Of a stretch of 64,000 bases of DNA, positions 56,004 through 64,000 are shown one piece after another. Each line of letters begins with the position of its first letter. Position 1 is the first letter of the stretch. Origin of the DNA: Candidatus Omnitrophota bacterium (GTDB taxonomy: Bacteria > Omnitrophota > Gorgyraeia > Zapsychrales > Zapsychraceae). A model generated the notes under the pieces. It had not been told where the DNA came from and did no database searches. It saw only the letters and a list, made by a program, of their open reading frames with translations. The position numbers and the translations under genes were made by a program. Where the stretch lies: assembly GCA_023247445.1 (NCBI GenBank), contig JAHFGL010000003.1, positions 14,128 to 78,127 on the forward strand, given 5' to 3'.

Positions 56004-57005
56004 ATGAAAACTTTAAAGATCGTTAAAATTTTGAATCTCTTCATTTTTTTGACGGTGACTTTCTGTTTTTTTTCTCCTAATGCGCAGGCTTTTGTAAATC
56101 CGGATAAGATTTCTACAACCAAAAGTCTGGCGCATTATACGATGGGGCAGATCTATGATTTGCTGGGGGCGACAGAGCGAGCGACTTTAGAATACCAAGC
56201 AGCAGCTGCGTTTGATGAAACAAGTTATCTCATTCATTTGCGGCTAGGTATTAACTATGCTCGTTTAAAGATGACGCCTGAAGCAACAAAAGAGATGCAT
56301 CTGGTTCAAAAGTTTAATCCAGAAGATCTGCAATCTCATTATTTATTAGCCTTGATTTATTCGAATGAAAAAGAATATGAAAAGGCGGCCGATGAATATG
56401 AATTCATTCTAAAGAAGTTCTCCAGCGCCGAACCAAAAAATCCTGAAATCTACGGTTATTTAGCTCAGCTGTACTATTCCCAACGTAAATACGATCAAGC
56501 CATCGAACAGTTTCAGAAAATGTTAATCTTAGATCCCCAAAATGCGGATGTGATGTATTTGTTGGGGGCTTTATATGTTGAGGTTAATCAGCAAGATAAA
56601 GCCATTGAATTATTGGCTCAGTCTGTTGCCATTGATCCTGAGCATGATGGGAGTTTAAATACATTGGCGTATCTTTATGCTGAGAAGAATGAAAAGTTAG
56701 ATGAGGCGTTGGATCTTATTAGCCGGGCATTAAAAATTAGTCCTGATAATGGGGCTTATCTTGATAGTTTAGGTTGGGTTTACTACAAAAAAGGGATGTA
56801 TGAAGATGCTTTGAAAGTGCTCAACAAGGCGGATACCGTTTTACAAGACCCGGTCATTAACGATCATTTGGGCGATGTTTATTATAAAATGAACCGCGTT
56901 GATCAAGCGATTAAATATTGGCAAGGGTCGCTGGATCTTTTACCTAATCAAGAAACGATTATTAAAAAAATTAATAGTGTGAAAAATACACAGGCCAGCC
57001 GTTAG
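56004..57005 (+). CDS. secreted TPR-repeat protein
   Basis: signal peptide ...SPNAQA; multiple TPRs (AADEYEFILKKF, YGYLAQLYYSQRKYDQAIEQFQKMLILDPQN...). Confidence 0.6.
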   Translation: MKTLKIVKILNLFIFLTVTFCFFSPNAQAFVNPDKISTTKSLAHYTMGQIYDLLGATERATLEYQAAAAFDETSYLIHLRLGINYARLKMTPEATKEMHLVQKFNPEDLQSHYLLALIYSNEKEYEKAADEYEFILKKFSSAEPKNPEIYGYLAQLYYSQRKYDQAIEQFQKMLILDPQNADVMYLLGALYVEVNQQDKAIELLAQSVAIDPEHDGSLNTLAYLYAEKNEKLDEALDLISRALKISPDNGAYLDSLGWVYYKKGMYEDALKVLNKADTVLQDPVINDHLGDVYYKMNRVDQAIKYWQGSLDLLPNQETIIKKINSVKNTQASR

Positions 57006-57011
57006 CCCGTC

Positions 57012-57869
57012 ATGAAATCTCTGCATCTTAAGTCTCCTGCCAAAGTTAACCTTTATTTAAAAGTCATTAATAAAAGACCAGATGGATTTCATAATATTGA
57101 AACCCTTTTTGAACGGATTAATCTTTTTGATGATATTTATTTTAAATTGACCAATGATTCAAAGATTCGTATTCGTTGTAATCATCCACACGTTCCTTGT
57201 GGGCCGAAAAATCTTGTTTATAAAGTAGCAAAACTTTTACAGCAAGATTTAGGGATTTCACAAGGGGTTGAAATTCGGATTAACAAGCGAATCCCGGTAG
57301 CTGCAGGGTTGGCTGGCGGATCAAGCAACGCGGCCACCGCTTTGATCGGTCTAAATAAGCTATGGAATTTGGGGCTTAGCCAGAAACAGCTTGTTGGTTA
57401 TGGCCAAACAATAGGTAGTGACGTGGCATTCTTTTTATATGACTATTCTTGGGCTCTGGGAACGCAAAGAGGGGATAAAATTAAGCAGGTTAAAATTCCT
57501 AAAGTTTTGTGGCATGTCCTTGTTATACCTAAGATTAAGTTATATGCCAAAGACGTCTATGGGCACCTGAATTTGAAGTTGACAAAGAGAAATGATGATG
57601 TTACTATTCTAATTCATCATTTGAGAAAAAATAATATTTTTGGTATTTGTTCTTTATTATTAAACGATTTAGAGCCTTCGATAATTGGACTTTGTCCGCG
57701 GTTATTGATATTACAAAAGCGACTAAAGTCGTTGAATACACAAGGAGTTATGATTTCTGGGAGTGGCCCATGTGTTTTTTGCCTTACGGAAAACCAACGG
57801 CAAGCTAAAAAAATTCAAACAATTTTGAAGCGACAATTTGCCCAAGTTTTTGTTGTAAGAACGTTTTAA
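57012..57869 (+). CDS. ispE: 4-diphosphocytidyl-2-C-methyl-D-erythritol kinase
   Basis: PAKVNLYLKV and IPVAAGLAGGSSNAA GHMP-kinase motifs. Confidence 0.8.
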   Translation: MKSLHLKSPAKVNLYLKVINKRPDGFHNIETLFERINLFDDIYFKLTNDSKIRIRCNHPHVPCGPKNLVYKVAKLLQQDLGISQGVEIRINKRIPVAAGLAGGSSNAATALIGLNKLWNLGLSQKQLVGYGQTIGSDVAFFLYDYSWALGTQRGDKIKQVKIPKVLWHVLVIPKIKLYAKDVYGHLNLKLTKRNDDVTILIHHLRKNNIFGICSLLLNDLEPSIIGLCPRLLILQKRLKSLNTQGVMISGSGPCVFCLTENQRQAKKIQTILKRQFAQVFVVRTF

Positions 57870-57885
57870 ATAAGAGATAAACGCC

Positions 57886-58266
57886 ATGGAGATTACAGAA
57901 ATACGTGTATTTCTCAAGGAAGGCCAAGATAAGAAATTAAAAGCGTATACAACAGTTACTTTTGACAACGCTTTTGTGGTTCGAAATATAAAAGTCATTC
58001 AGGGATCAAGCGGTCTTTTTATAGCTATGCCGTCGAGAAAGATGAAGCATGCTTGTTCCAAATGTAATTTTAAGAATGAAGTAGGCAGTAAATTTTGTAA
58101 TCAGTGCGGGGCACAATTACCAGTAATAACTGAGCATGAAGTTGAGGGGGATAATAAGTTAGAGCATCGTGATATTGCTCACCCTATAACGCAGCAATTT
58201 CGTGAATACCTACAGAATAAGATTTTAGAGGCCTTCGCAAAGGAAACTTCGGCAACAGGTCATTGA
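57886..58266 (+). CDS. spoVG: SpoVG family protein with a ~36-aa Cys4 zinc-ribbon insertion
   Basis: MEITEIRVFL...FDNAFVVRNIKVIQGSSGLFIAMPSRK...RDIAHPI is canonical SpoVG; inserted ACSKCNFKNEVGSKFCNQCGAQL between the conserved blocks. Confidence 0.8.
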   Translation: MEITEIRVFLKEGQDKKLKAYTTVTFDNAFVVRNIKVIQGSSGLFIAMPSRKMKHACSKCNFKNEVGSKFCNQCGAQLPVITEHEVEGDNKLEHRDIAHPITQQFREYLQNKILEAFAKETSATGH

Positions 58267-58474
58267 AGCAAAATCTTCCTAAAGGTAAACTCAAATAAAT
58301 AGAAATTTTGATAGTTCTTTTTAATGATTCGATTGTGATTTGTTGTGATGGTTTTGCCCGCCGCTTGCTTTTTAGAAGATTGTGAAAATATTGCCCGGCC
58401 CTGATTTATTTGAATGTTTTGTGGAAATCAGGACTGGTCAAAATTTTTTCTGGATGATTTAATGTGGTAATTTT

Positions 58475-58545
58475 TGCCCGGTGGTGTAATGGTAACACAG
58501 CAGAATTTGGATCTGCTTTTCCAGGTTCGAATCCTGGCTGGGCAG
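58475..58545 (+). tRNA. tRNA-Gln (anticodon UUG), CCA not encoded
   Basis: cloverleaf by hand: acceptor TGCCCGG/CTGGGCA (U1-A72, as in bacterial tRNA-Gln), D-stem GTGT/ACAC, anticodon stem GCAGA/TCTGC with loop ATTTGGA, T-arm CCAGG-TTCGAAT-CCTGG, discriminator G. Confidence 0.8.
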
Positions 58546-58598
58546 TGGTTCGACGCGCTCCAACATAGTTGGAGCTTGCTCACCATTGTTGCGTTGAA

Positions 58599-58640
58599 CC
58601 ATCCTGAGCAAGTGAGTGCAACGAACGCGTCGAAGGAAAA
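58599..58640 (+). repeat. degenerate MITE remnant (TIR-like accatcctgagc...gtcgaagg)
   Basis: accatcctgagcaagtgagtgcaacgaacgcgtcgaagg resembles the short-form left half gtcatcctgaggaacgcagtgacgaagg. Confidence 0.3.
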
Positions 58641-58669
58641 TAGTTACCTCTATTTAGAAATTAAATTAT

Positions 58670-59917
58670 ATGAAAGATTTACGCGCGATCATTCTGGCAG
58701 CTGGCAAAGGTACACGGATGAAATCGGATATCCCGAAGGTTCTCCATAAAGTTTGTGGACAACCAATCATCCAATATGTTTTAGACGTTGTAAAAGCCGT
58801 TGGTTCTTTGACAACATATGTTGTATTGGGACATCAAATTGATAAGGTTAAAGAATATCTACCAAGTGATTTGGTGGCCGTTGAGCAAAAGAAATTATTA
58901 GGCACAGCGGACGCAGTACGCTCGGCTGAAAAATATTTTAAGAATTATCGCGGCGATGTTTTGATTTTATGTGGCGATACACCGCTACTGAGCAAGTCAA
59001 CCGTTCGAAATATTATTCGCAAACATAAAAGTTCAAAGGCCGCGTGTACAGTTTTAACAGCTGTTGTTCATGATCCGAACGGATATGGCCGTATCATTCG
59101 TAGTGACAGCGGTGTGGCGATGGCCATTCGGGAAGATAAGGATGCGGTCGGTTTAGAACGTAACATTGCGGAAATCAACGTCGGGGTTTATTGCTTTCAA
59201 GCTAAGGAACTGTTTGCTGGGTTAAAAGAGATAAAGCTTAACCACAAGAAAAAAGAATTTTATTTAACGGATATCATTGAGTTATTTGCGCGGAAGAATT
59301 TAAAAGTTGTGACGGTTGAGACAGAAGATTCTCAGGAAGGATTGGGTGTTAACACGCGTGAAGATTTAGCGACGGCTGAAACGATTATTCGTCAAAAAGT
59401 TTTAAAAGATTTTATGTTGAGTGGAGTAACAATTGTAGATCCACAAACAACTTATATCGATCGTCATTGCCAGATTGGTCAAGATACAACGATTCGTCCT
59501 TTTACAGTTATTGAAAATAACGTTCGCGTCGGCAAACGTTGTATCATTGGACCTTTTGCAAGGTTAAGGCCAGGGGCGAGAATTGGTAATGATGTTGAGG
59601 TTGGAAATTTTACTGAAGTTAATCGAAGTAAACTTGGCGATCAAACGTTGATGAAACATTTTAGTTATTTGGGTGATGCGATTGTTGGGTCGGGAGTTAA
59701 TATTGGTGCCGGCGTTGTTACGGCCAACTTCGATGGAAAAGAAAAGAATACAACACATATCGGCAATAAAGCTTTTATTGGTTCAGATTCTGTTTTAGTG
59801 GCGCCAGTAAAGATTGGAAAAAAAGCTGTTATAGGCGCGGGCAGCGTTGTGACACGAGGTAAAGTAATTCCTGATAATAAAAAAGCATTTGGCGTTCCAG
59901 CTAGAATCATAGAATAG
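58670..59917 (+). CDS. glmU: bifunctional UDP-N-acetylglucosamine pyrophosphorylase / glucosamine-1-phosphate N-acetyltransferase
   Basis: AIILAAGKGTRMKS N-terminal nucleotidyltransferase motif; C-terminal hexapeptide repeats. Confidence 0.8.
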   Translation: MKDLRAIILAAGKGTRMKSDIPKVLHKVCGQPIIQYVLDVVKAVGSLTTYVVLGHQIDKVKEYLPSDLVAVEQKKLLGTADAVRSAEKYFKNYRGDVLILCGDTPLLSKSTVRNIIRKHKSSKAACTVLTAVVHDPNGYGRIIRSDSGVAMAIREDKDAVGLERNIAEINVGVYCFQAKELFAGLKEIKLNHKKKEFYLTDIIELFARKNLKVVTVETEDSQEGLGVNTREDLATAETIIRQKVLKDFMLSGVTIVDPQTTYIDRHCQIGQDTTIRPFTVIENNVRVGKRCIIGPFARLRPGARIGNDVEVGNFTEVNRSKLGDQTLMKHFSYLGDAIVGSGVNIGAGVVTANFDGKEKNTTHIGNKAFIGSDSVLVAPVKIGKKAVIGAGSVVTRGKVIPDNKKAFGVPARIIE

Positions 59918-59927
59918 GAAAAATAAT

Positions 59928-60878
59928 ATGAATGGTTTAGCGATTTTTACAGGCAATGCAAACCCAGAGTTAGCCAAAAAAATTTGTGCTCTTTTAAAAG
60001 TTAAGTTGACAGATGTTTTGGTTGGGCGTTTTAGCGAAGGCGAAATTCGCGTTAAGATTCAAGAAAATATTCGCGGAAAAGATGTTTTTATTATTCAGCC
60101 GACTTGTCCGCCGACAAATGAGAGCTTGATGGAACTTTTAATTATGATCGATGCGGCCAAGCGTGCTTCTGCTGATCGGATCACGCCAGTTTTGCCTTAT
60201 TATGGTTATGCACGGCAAGATCGTAAAGATCAACCACGCGTTCCTATTACGGCGAAGTTGGTAGCTAATATTATTGTTGCCGCTGGCGCTGATCGTGTTT
60301 TAACGATGGATCTACATGCGAATCAAATTCAAGGATTCTTTGATATACCCGTCGATCATTTGTATGCAATTAATGCCTTATGCGATTATTTTAACCAAAA
60401 AGAAATTAAGAATTTAGTCGTTGTTTCTCCTGATGTCGGTGGTATTAAAATGGCTCGAGCCTATGCGAAACGTTTAGGTGCGCCACTAGCGATCGTTGAT
60501 AAACGTCGTGAGAGTCCAGAAAAAACAGAGGTCATGCACATTTTAGGTGATGTTAAAGGGATGAATGCAGTTTTAGTTGATGATATTGTTGCCACGGGAG
60601 GGTCATTGGTCGAGGCAGCTTCTGCTTTATCTAAAGAAGGTGTTAAAGAAGTTTATGCTGCTGTCAGCCATGGTATTCTTTCTGGGAGCGCCATTGAGAA
60701 ATTAAATAATTGTAAAGTATTAAAGGAACTTGTAATAACGGATAGTATTCCGCTTAGTAAAGAAAAACAAATTGATAAAATTAAAGTCGTGAGTGTCGCA
60801 TCATTATTGGCTGAGGCGATTCAGCGGATTCATGATGAAGAATCGATCAGCTGTTTGTTTGATGAGACACGACAATAA
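59928..60878 (+). CDS. prs: ribose-phosphate pyrophosphokinase
   Basis: LAIFTGNANPELAKKI, PYYGYARQDRK, VLVDDIVATGGS PRPP-binding loop. Confidence 0.9.
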   Translation: MNGLAIFTGNANPELAKKICALLKVKLTDVLVGRFSEGEIRVKIQENIRGKDVFIIQPTCPPTNESLMELLIMIDAAKRASADRITPVLPYYGYARQDRKDQPRVPITAKLVANIIVAAGADRVLTMDLHANQIQGFFDIPVDHLYAINALCDYFNQKEIKNLVVVSPDVGGIKMARAYAKRLGAPLAIVDKRRESPEKTEVMHILGDVKGMNAVLVDDIVATGGSLVEAASALSKEGVKEVYAAVSHGILSGSAIEKLNNCKVLKELVITDSIPLSKEKQIDKIKVVSVASLLAEAIQRIHDEESISCLFDETRQ

Positions 60879-60958
60879 TCCTTGGATTATAGTCCCGAAT
60901 TACATTAATTAATTTGGGGAAATTCGGGGCAGTAACTAAAAAGTGAGGCTAGGAAAAA

Positions 60959-61669
60959 ATGGAAGAAATTAAGTTAGATGTTCAAGTTAGAAATCGAATT
61001 GGAAGCCGTAAGATTCGATCGGTTCGTTCACAGAATTTTGTGCCGGCCGTTGTCTACGGAGGCAAAAAGCAGCAACCTACGACCATCCAGGTTGATCGCA
61101 AAGCCTATGAACGCATCATGCGTAATCATCGAGGAGAAAGCGTGCTCTTTCATCTTAACGTGTTAGATGGAGAGAAGAAACTCAAAGATTATTCCGCTAT
61201 TGTTAAGGAAGAACAACTTGATCCTGTACGTGATGGGGTTTTGCATATCGATTTCTATCGTATTTCTTTAACGGAAGAAATTGAAGTTAAGGTTAAGATT
61301 GTTGCACGCGGCGAGGCCATTGGTGTCAAGCAAGGTGGCGGATCGCTCGAGCATGGTTTATGGGAACTCGATGTTATCTGTTTGCCGACGAAAATTCCAG
61401 CAAAGATTGAGGTTGAGGTCGCTAACTTAAATATTGGTGATGCGATTCATGTTAAAGAACTTGTTTTGCCCGAAGGTGTCAGAACAAAGCATGATCCTGA
61501 CTCAATTGTCGTTTCTGTTGTTCCACCGATGAAAGAAGAAGTTGCTCCTGTTGATGGTGAAACAATCACTGAGCCAGAAGTAACAAAAGAGAAGAAGAAG
61601 GTAGAAGGCGCTGCTGACGCTAAGGCTGAGGGTAAAGCAGAAGAGAAACCGAAAGAAAAAACTAAATAA
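60959..61669 (+). CDS. rplY: 50S ribosomal protein L25 / general stress protein Ctc (long form)
   Basis: GSRKIRSVRSQNFVPAVVYG ... LHIDFYRI; K/E-rich C-terminal tail. Confidence 0.85.
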   Translation: MEEIKLDVQVRNRIGSRKIRSVRSQNFVPAVVYGGKKQQPTTIQVDRKAYERIMRNHRGESVLFHLNVLDGEKKLKDYSAIVKEEQLDPVRDGVLHIDFYRISLTEEIEVKVKIVARGEAIGVKQGGGSLEHGLWELDVICLPTKIPAKIEVEVANLNIGDAIHVKELVLPEGVRTKHDPDSIVVSVVPPMKEEVAPVDGETITEPEVTKEKKKVEGAADAKAEGKAEEKPKEKTK

Positions 61670-61690
61670 TTGGTTGATTAGGTTTTAACC

Positions 61691-62284
61691 TTGTCTGAAT
61701 TGCAACTTATAGTAGGTTTGGGAAATCCTGGCAAAGATTATGAATATACACGACATAATTTGGGATTTCTAGTTGTTGAGCAGTTAGCTAAAGAATTAAG
61801 TTTTCGTTTTAAAAAGAGTTCTTTTACAAAAGGATTTGTAGCCGAAGGCCAGTTTGAGGGAAAAGATGTTGCGCTTCTTTTACCACAAACATTTATGAAT
61901 CATTCTGGCCTCGCTGTAAAACCGATGGTCCAACATAAGAATATTGAGTTATCAAATATTCTAGTTGTTTGTGACGATCTAAATTTGGATTTTGGGCAGA
62001 TGCGGTTGCGGCCCAATGGTTCAGATGGTGGCCATAATGGATTAACTTCTATTAACGAACTTTTGGAGTCCAAAGAATACGCGCGGCTACGGATGGGGAT
62101 TGGTCACCCTGGGCACAAAGATCAAGTGGTTGATTATGTGCTTACAGAATTTAGTAAAGAAGAAAAGAAGGATCTCGATAACTTTATTGAACAGGCGACA
62201 ACGTGTTGTCTGGTGTGGTTGCGAGATGGGATGAATCAAGCTATGGATCAATTTAACAGAAGGAATAAAAATGGTAAAGAATGA
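61691..62284 (+). CDS. pth: peptidyl-tRNA hydrolase
   Basis: LIVGLGNPGKDYEYTRHNLGF, TFMNHSG, NGHNGL motifs; TTG start. Confidence 0.85.
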   Translation: MSELQLIVGLGNPGKDYEYTRHNLGFLVVEQLAKELSFRFKKSSFTKGFVAEGQFEGKDVALLLPQTFMNHSGLAVKPMVQHKNIELSNILVVCDDLNLDFGQMRLRPNGSDGGHNGLTSINELLESKEYARLRMGIGHPGHKDQVVDYVLTEFSKEEKKDLDNFIEQATTCCLVWLRDGMNQAMDQFNRRNKNGKE

Positions 62285-62576
62285 ATTGGTAAGAAAATAC
62301 GAATTGATGGTTATTATCGACGGCAAGTTGCCGAACGAAGAAAAAGAGGCGATTGGCAAAAGTGTTTCTGAGGCGGTTGTTAAAGGTGGCGGCCGTATTG
62401 TCAATAGCCAGGTATGGTTGGATAAACACAAATTAACATTTAAGATAAAAAAATGCGGTGAAGGATTGTATTATCTCGTCAATTTTGAAGCGGACAGCTC
62501 ATCGATTGGTAAGATAGAACCGATACTTCGGCTTAATGAGAAAATTCTTCGTTATCTAGTTAGTGTGATGGAATAA
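62271..62576 (+). CDS. rpsF: 30S ribosomal protein S6
   Basis: RKYELMVIIDGKLPNEEKEA is S6-like; conserved rpsF-ssb-rpsR-rplI order. Confidence 0.75.
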   Translation: MVKNELVRKYELMVIIDGKLPNEEKEAIGKSVSEAVVKGGGRIVNSQVWLDKHKLTFKIKKCGEGLYYLVNFEADSSSIGKIEPILRLNEKILRYLVSVME

Positions 62577-62613
62577 TTATTATTTAAGCGTTTGAGGCAG
62601 AAGGAGGAGTGAA

Positions 62614-63051
62614 ATGGCGAATTTAAACAAAGTTTTTTTAATCGGAAATTTAACTCGGGATCCAGAACTGCGTTACACCCCCGGTGGAACAGCGGTGGCT
62701 AATTTGGGAATAGCCGTTAACAGAAAGTTTAAAGACAGCTCCGGAGAACTTAAAGAAGAAGTTTGCTTTTTGACAGTAACGGTTTGGGATAAACAAGCTG
62801 AGGCTTGCTGTCAGTATTTACAAAAAGGGCGTCCTGTATTTGTTGAAGGCGTTTTGCAATCTCGATTTTGGGAGACATCAGATGGACAAAAAAGAAGTGC
62901 GATTGATGTGCGCGCAGAACGAGTTCAGTTCTTAGGGACGTATGGTACACCAAAAGAAAAGGCAACGGCGGAAACGACCGAAATGGTTGACGCATCGGCA
63001 CAACAGCAAGGCGATGCCATCAAGCCAGAAGATATTGCCTGGGATGAATAA
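62614..63051 (+). CDS. ssb: single-stranded DNA-binding protein
   Basis: MANLNKVFLIGNLTRDPELRYTPGGTAVANLGIAVNR OB-fold; acidic C-terminal tail ...DIAWDE. Confidence 0.85.
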   Translation: MANLNKVFLIGNLTRDPELRYTPGGTAVANLGIAVNRKFKDSSGELKEEVCFLTVTVWDKQAEACCQYLQKGRPVFVEGVLQSRFWETSDGQKRSAIDVRAERVQFLGTYGTPKEKATAETTEMVDASAQQQGDAIKPEDIAWDE

Positions 63052-63080
63052 AATTGTGGTTTAAATGAAAGGGGTTTGCC

Positions 63081-63365
63081 TTGTTTACAAGAAGAGAAAC
63101 TAGAAGAGAAACTAAAAGAGAAAAGAAAACGCCAAGACAAAAGATGGAGAGATTTAAGAAACCGGCAGCGAAGTTTCAATTCTCCAAGGAAAATAAAATC
63201 GATTACAAAAATTTGTCTTTGTTGCAAAAGTTTATAAGCGACCGAAGCAAAATTTATGCTAGACGTACCTCAGGGGTTACAGCCAAAGAGCAGCGTTTAC
63301 TCGTGTCCGCTATTAAAAAAGCCCGCTTTCTTGCCCTGCTTTCAACAGGCGGGATTAAAAAATAA
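63081..63365 (+). CDS. rpsR: 30S ribosomal protein S18 with a basic N-terminal extension
   Basis: [48 protein letters not shown]; TTG start after aaagggg (internal ATG at 63144 is an alternative). Confidence 0.8.
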   Translation: MFTRRETRRETKREKKTPRQKMERFKKPAAKFQFSKENKIDYKNLSLLQKFISDRSKIYARRTSGVTAKEQRLLVSAIKKARFLALLSTGGIKK

Positions 63366-63392
63366 ATTAGCTTTTGTCGTGGAGGATATTCT

Positions 63393-63836
63393 ATGGAAGT
63401 TATATTGATTCAAGATGTTGATCATTTGGGCCGTATAGGAGAGGTTGTTAAGGTTAAAGAGGGATATGCGAGAAATTTACTTCTCCCGAAGAAATTAGCC
63501 TTCTTGGCCACCCCAGCTAACCTAAAACGTATTGACCAAGAAAAAAAGAAAAGACAGGCAGAATATAATAAACATAAAGCGGAAGCTGAAGTATTAGCGG
63601 AGAAGTTAAGTAAAGTTTCTTGTTCGCTTAATGTGGAAGTTAATGATTTAGATAAGTTGTACGGAGCCATTACATCAGCCGAAATTGCCAAGGCTTTGGA
63701 AGTTGAAGGATTCGATATTGACAAAAAGAATGTCGTGTTTGAAAAACCAATTGAAGAGTTGGGCATTTTTGAAGTTGGTATTAAATTACATTCCGAAGTG
63801 ACGGCGAAAGTACGTGTATGGGTTACCAAGAAATAG
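63393..63836 (+). CDS. rplI: 50S ribosomal protein L9
   Basis: MEVILIQDVDHLGRIGEVVKVKEGYARNLLLPKKLA. Confidence 0.85.
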   Translation: MEVILIQDVDHLGRIGEVVKVKEGYARNLLLPKKLAFLATPANLKRIDQEKKKRQAEYNKHKAEAEVLAEKLSKVSCSLNVEVNDLDKLYGAITSAEIAKALEVEGFDIDKKNVVFEKPIEELGIFEVGIKLHSEVTAKVRVWVTKK

Positions 63837-64000
63837 CAAAGATCCCACCGCAGAATTTAGAAGCAGAGAAATCTGTTTTGGGATCTATGTTAATTGATGA
63901 TGAGGCCGTTGGTCTAGCCATTGAAATCTTGGATGATTCCTGGTTCTACGATGAAGCCCACCGCAAGATCTACAAAACCGTTCTTGACCTCTACAGCGAT
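63818..64000 (+). CDS. dnaB: replicative DNA helicase DnaB, N-terminal fragment (continues past the window end)
   Basis: MGYQEIAKIPPQNLEAEKSVLGSMLIDDEAVG... is a canonical DnaB N-terminus; ATG at 63818 overlaps the rplI 3' end; not in the ORF track. Confidence 0.6.
   Translation, partial: MGYQEIAKIPPQNLEAEKSVLGSMLIDDEAVGLAIEILDDSWFYDEAHRKIYKTVLDLYSD

Noticed and set aside
58474-58749. 91-aa ORF in the track starting at the tRNA-Gln position
   Set aside because: It overlaps the tRNA-Gln cloverleaf and the MITE remnant and has no coding features. It then runs into the real glmU start, so it is spurious.
60885-60925. hairpin tcccgaatt...aattcgggg before rplY as a terminator or attenuator
   Set aside because: The 8-bp stem has a 19-nt loop and no downstream T-run, so it is too weak to call.
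1-64000. CRISPR arrays, rRNA genes, transposases/integrases, prophage genes
   Set aside because: No regularly spaced direct repeats were seen. There are no rRNA-like conserved stretches. There are no DDE, tyrosine or serine recombinase motifs in any ORF. The only mobile-looking DNA is the non-autonomous MITE families described above.

Overview
The window is a low-GC (about 38%, estimated by eye) chromosomal stretch from an unidentified bacterium. The MlaEFD lipid-transport operon, a membrane-anchored PpiD/SurA-like PPIase and an M48 peptidase suggest a diderm envelope. Gene order at the 3' end is Firmicutes-like (ispE-spoVG-tRNA-glmU-prs-ctc-pth and rpsF-ssb-rpsR-rplI-dnaB), and the repeat-rich, giant-gene style resembles candidate-phylum genomes such as Omnitrophota; this taxonomic guess is tentative. 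Most genes are ordinary housekeeping functions (trxA, panD, def, lipA, greA, ybaB, hisG, ispE, prs, pth, ribosomal proteins, tRNA-Gln). Three things stand out. First, a dense family of about 70-170 bp palindromic MITE-like elements with GTCATCCTGAG / CTCAGGATGAC terminal inverted repeats: seven copies plus one remnant in 64 kb. Two copies are translated in-frame inside very large ORFs, much like Rickettsia palindromic elements, and one supplies the stop codon of a TrmH-family gene. Second, many GT-C-fold membrane glycosyltransferase-like genes (YfhO-like, PMT/ArnT-like, TMTC-like with TPRs), arranged partly as two tandemly duplicated two-gene cassettes, together with a GT2 polyprenyl-phosphate-sugar synthase-like gene and a WbpB/WbpD-like sugar-modification pair. 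Third, a 1526-aa secreted giant protein carrying an embedded low-molecular-weight tyrosine-phosphatase-like CX5R domain, with repeats before it, inside it and after it. Smaller oddities are a SpoVG with a zinc-ribbon insertion, a free-standing 23S-IVS-type four-helix-bundle gene inside a long inverted repeat, a recurring A/C-rich versus G/T-rich hairpin placed just upstream of three ribosome-binding sites, a unique ~200 bp nested palindrome, a DUF433/DUF5615 toxin-antitoxin-like pair, and a 33-aa very basic bS22-like ORF missing from the ORF track. No CRISPR array, rRNA or recognisable transposase was seen.
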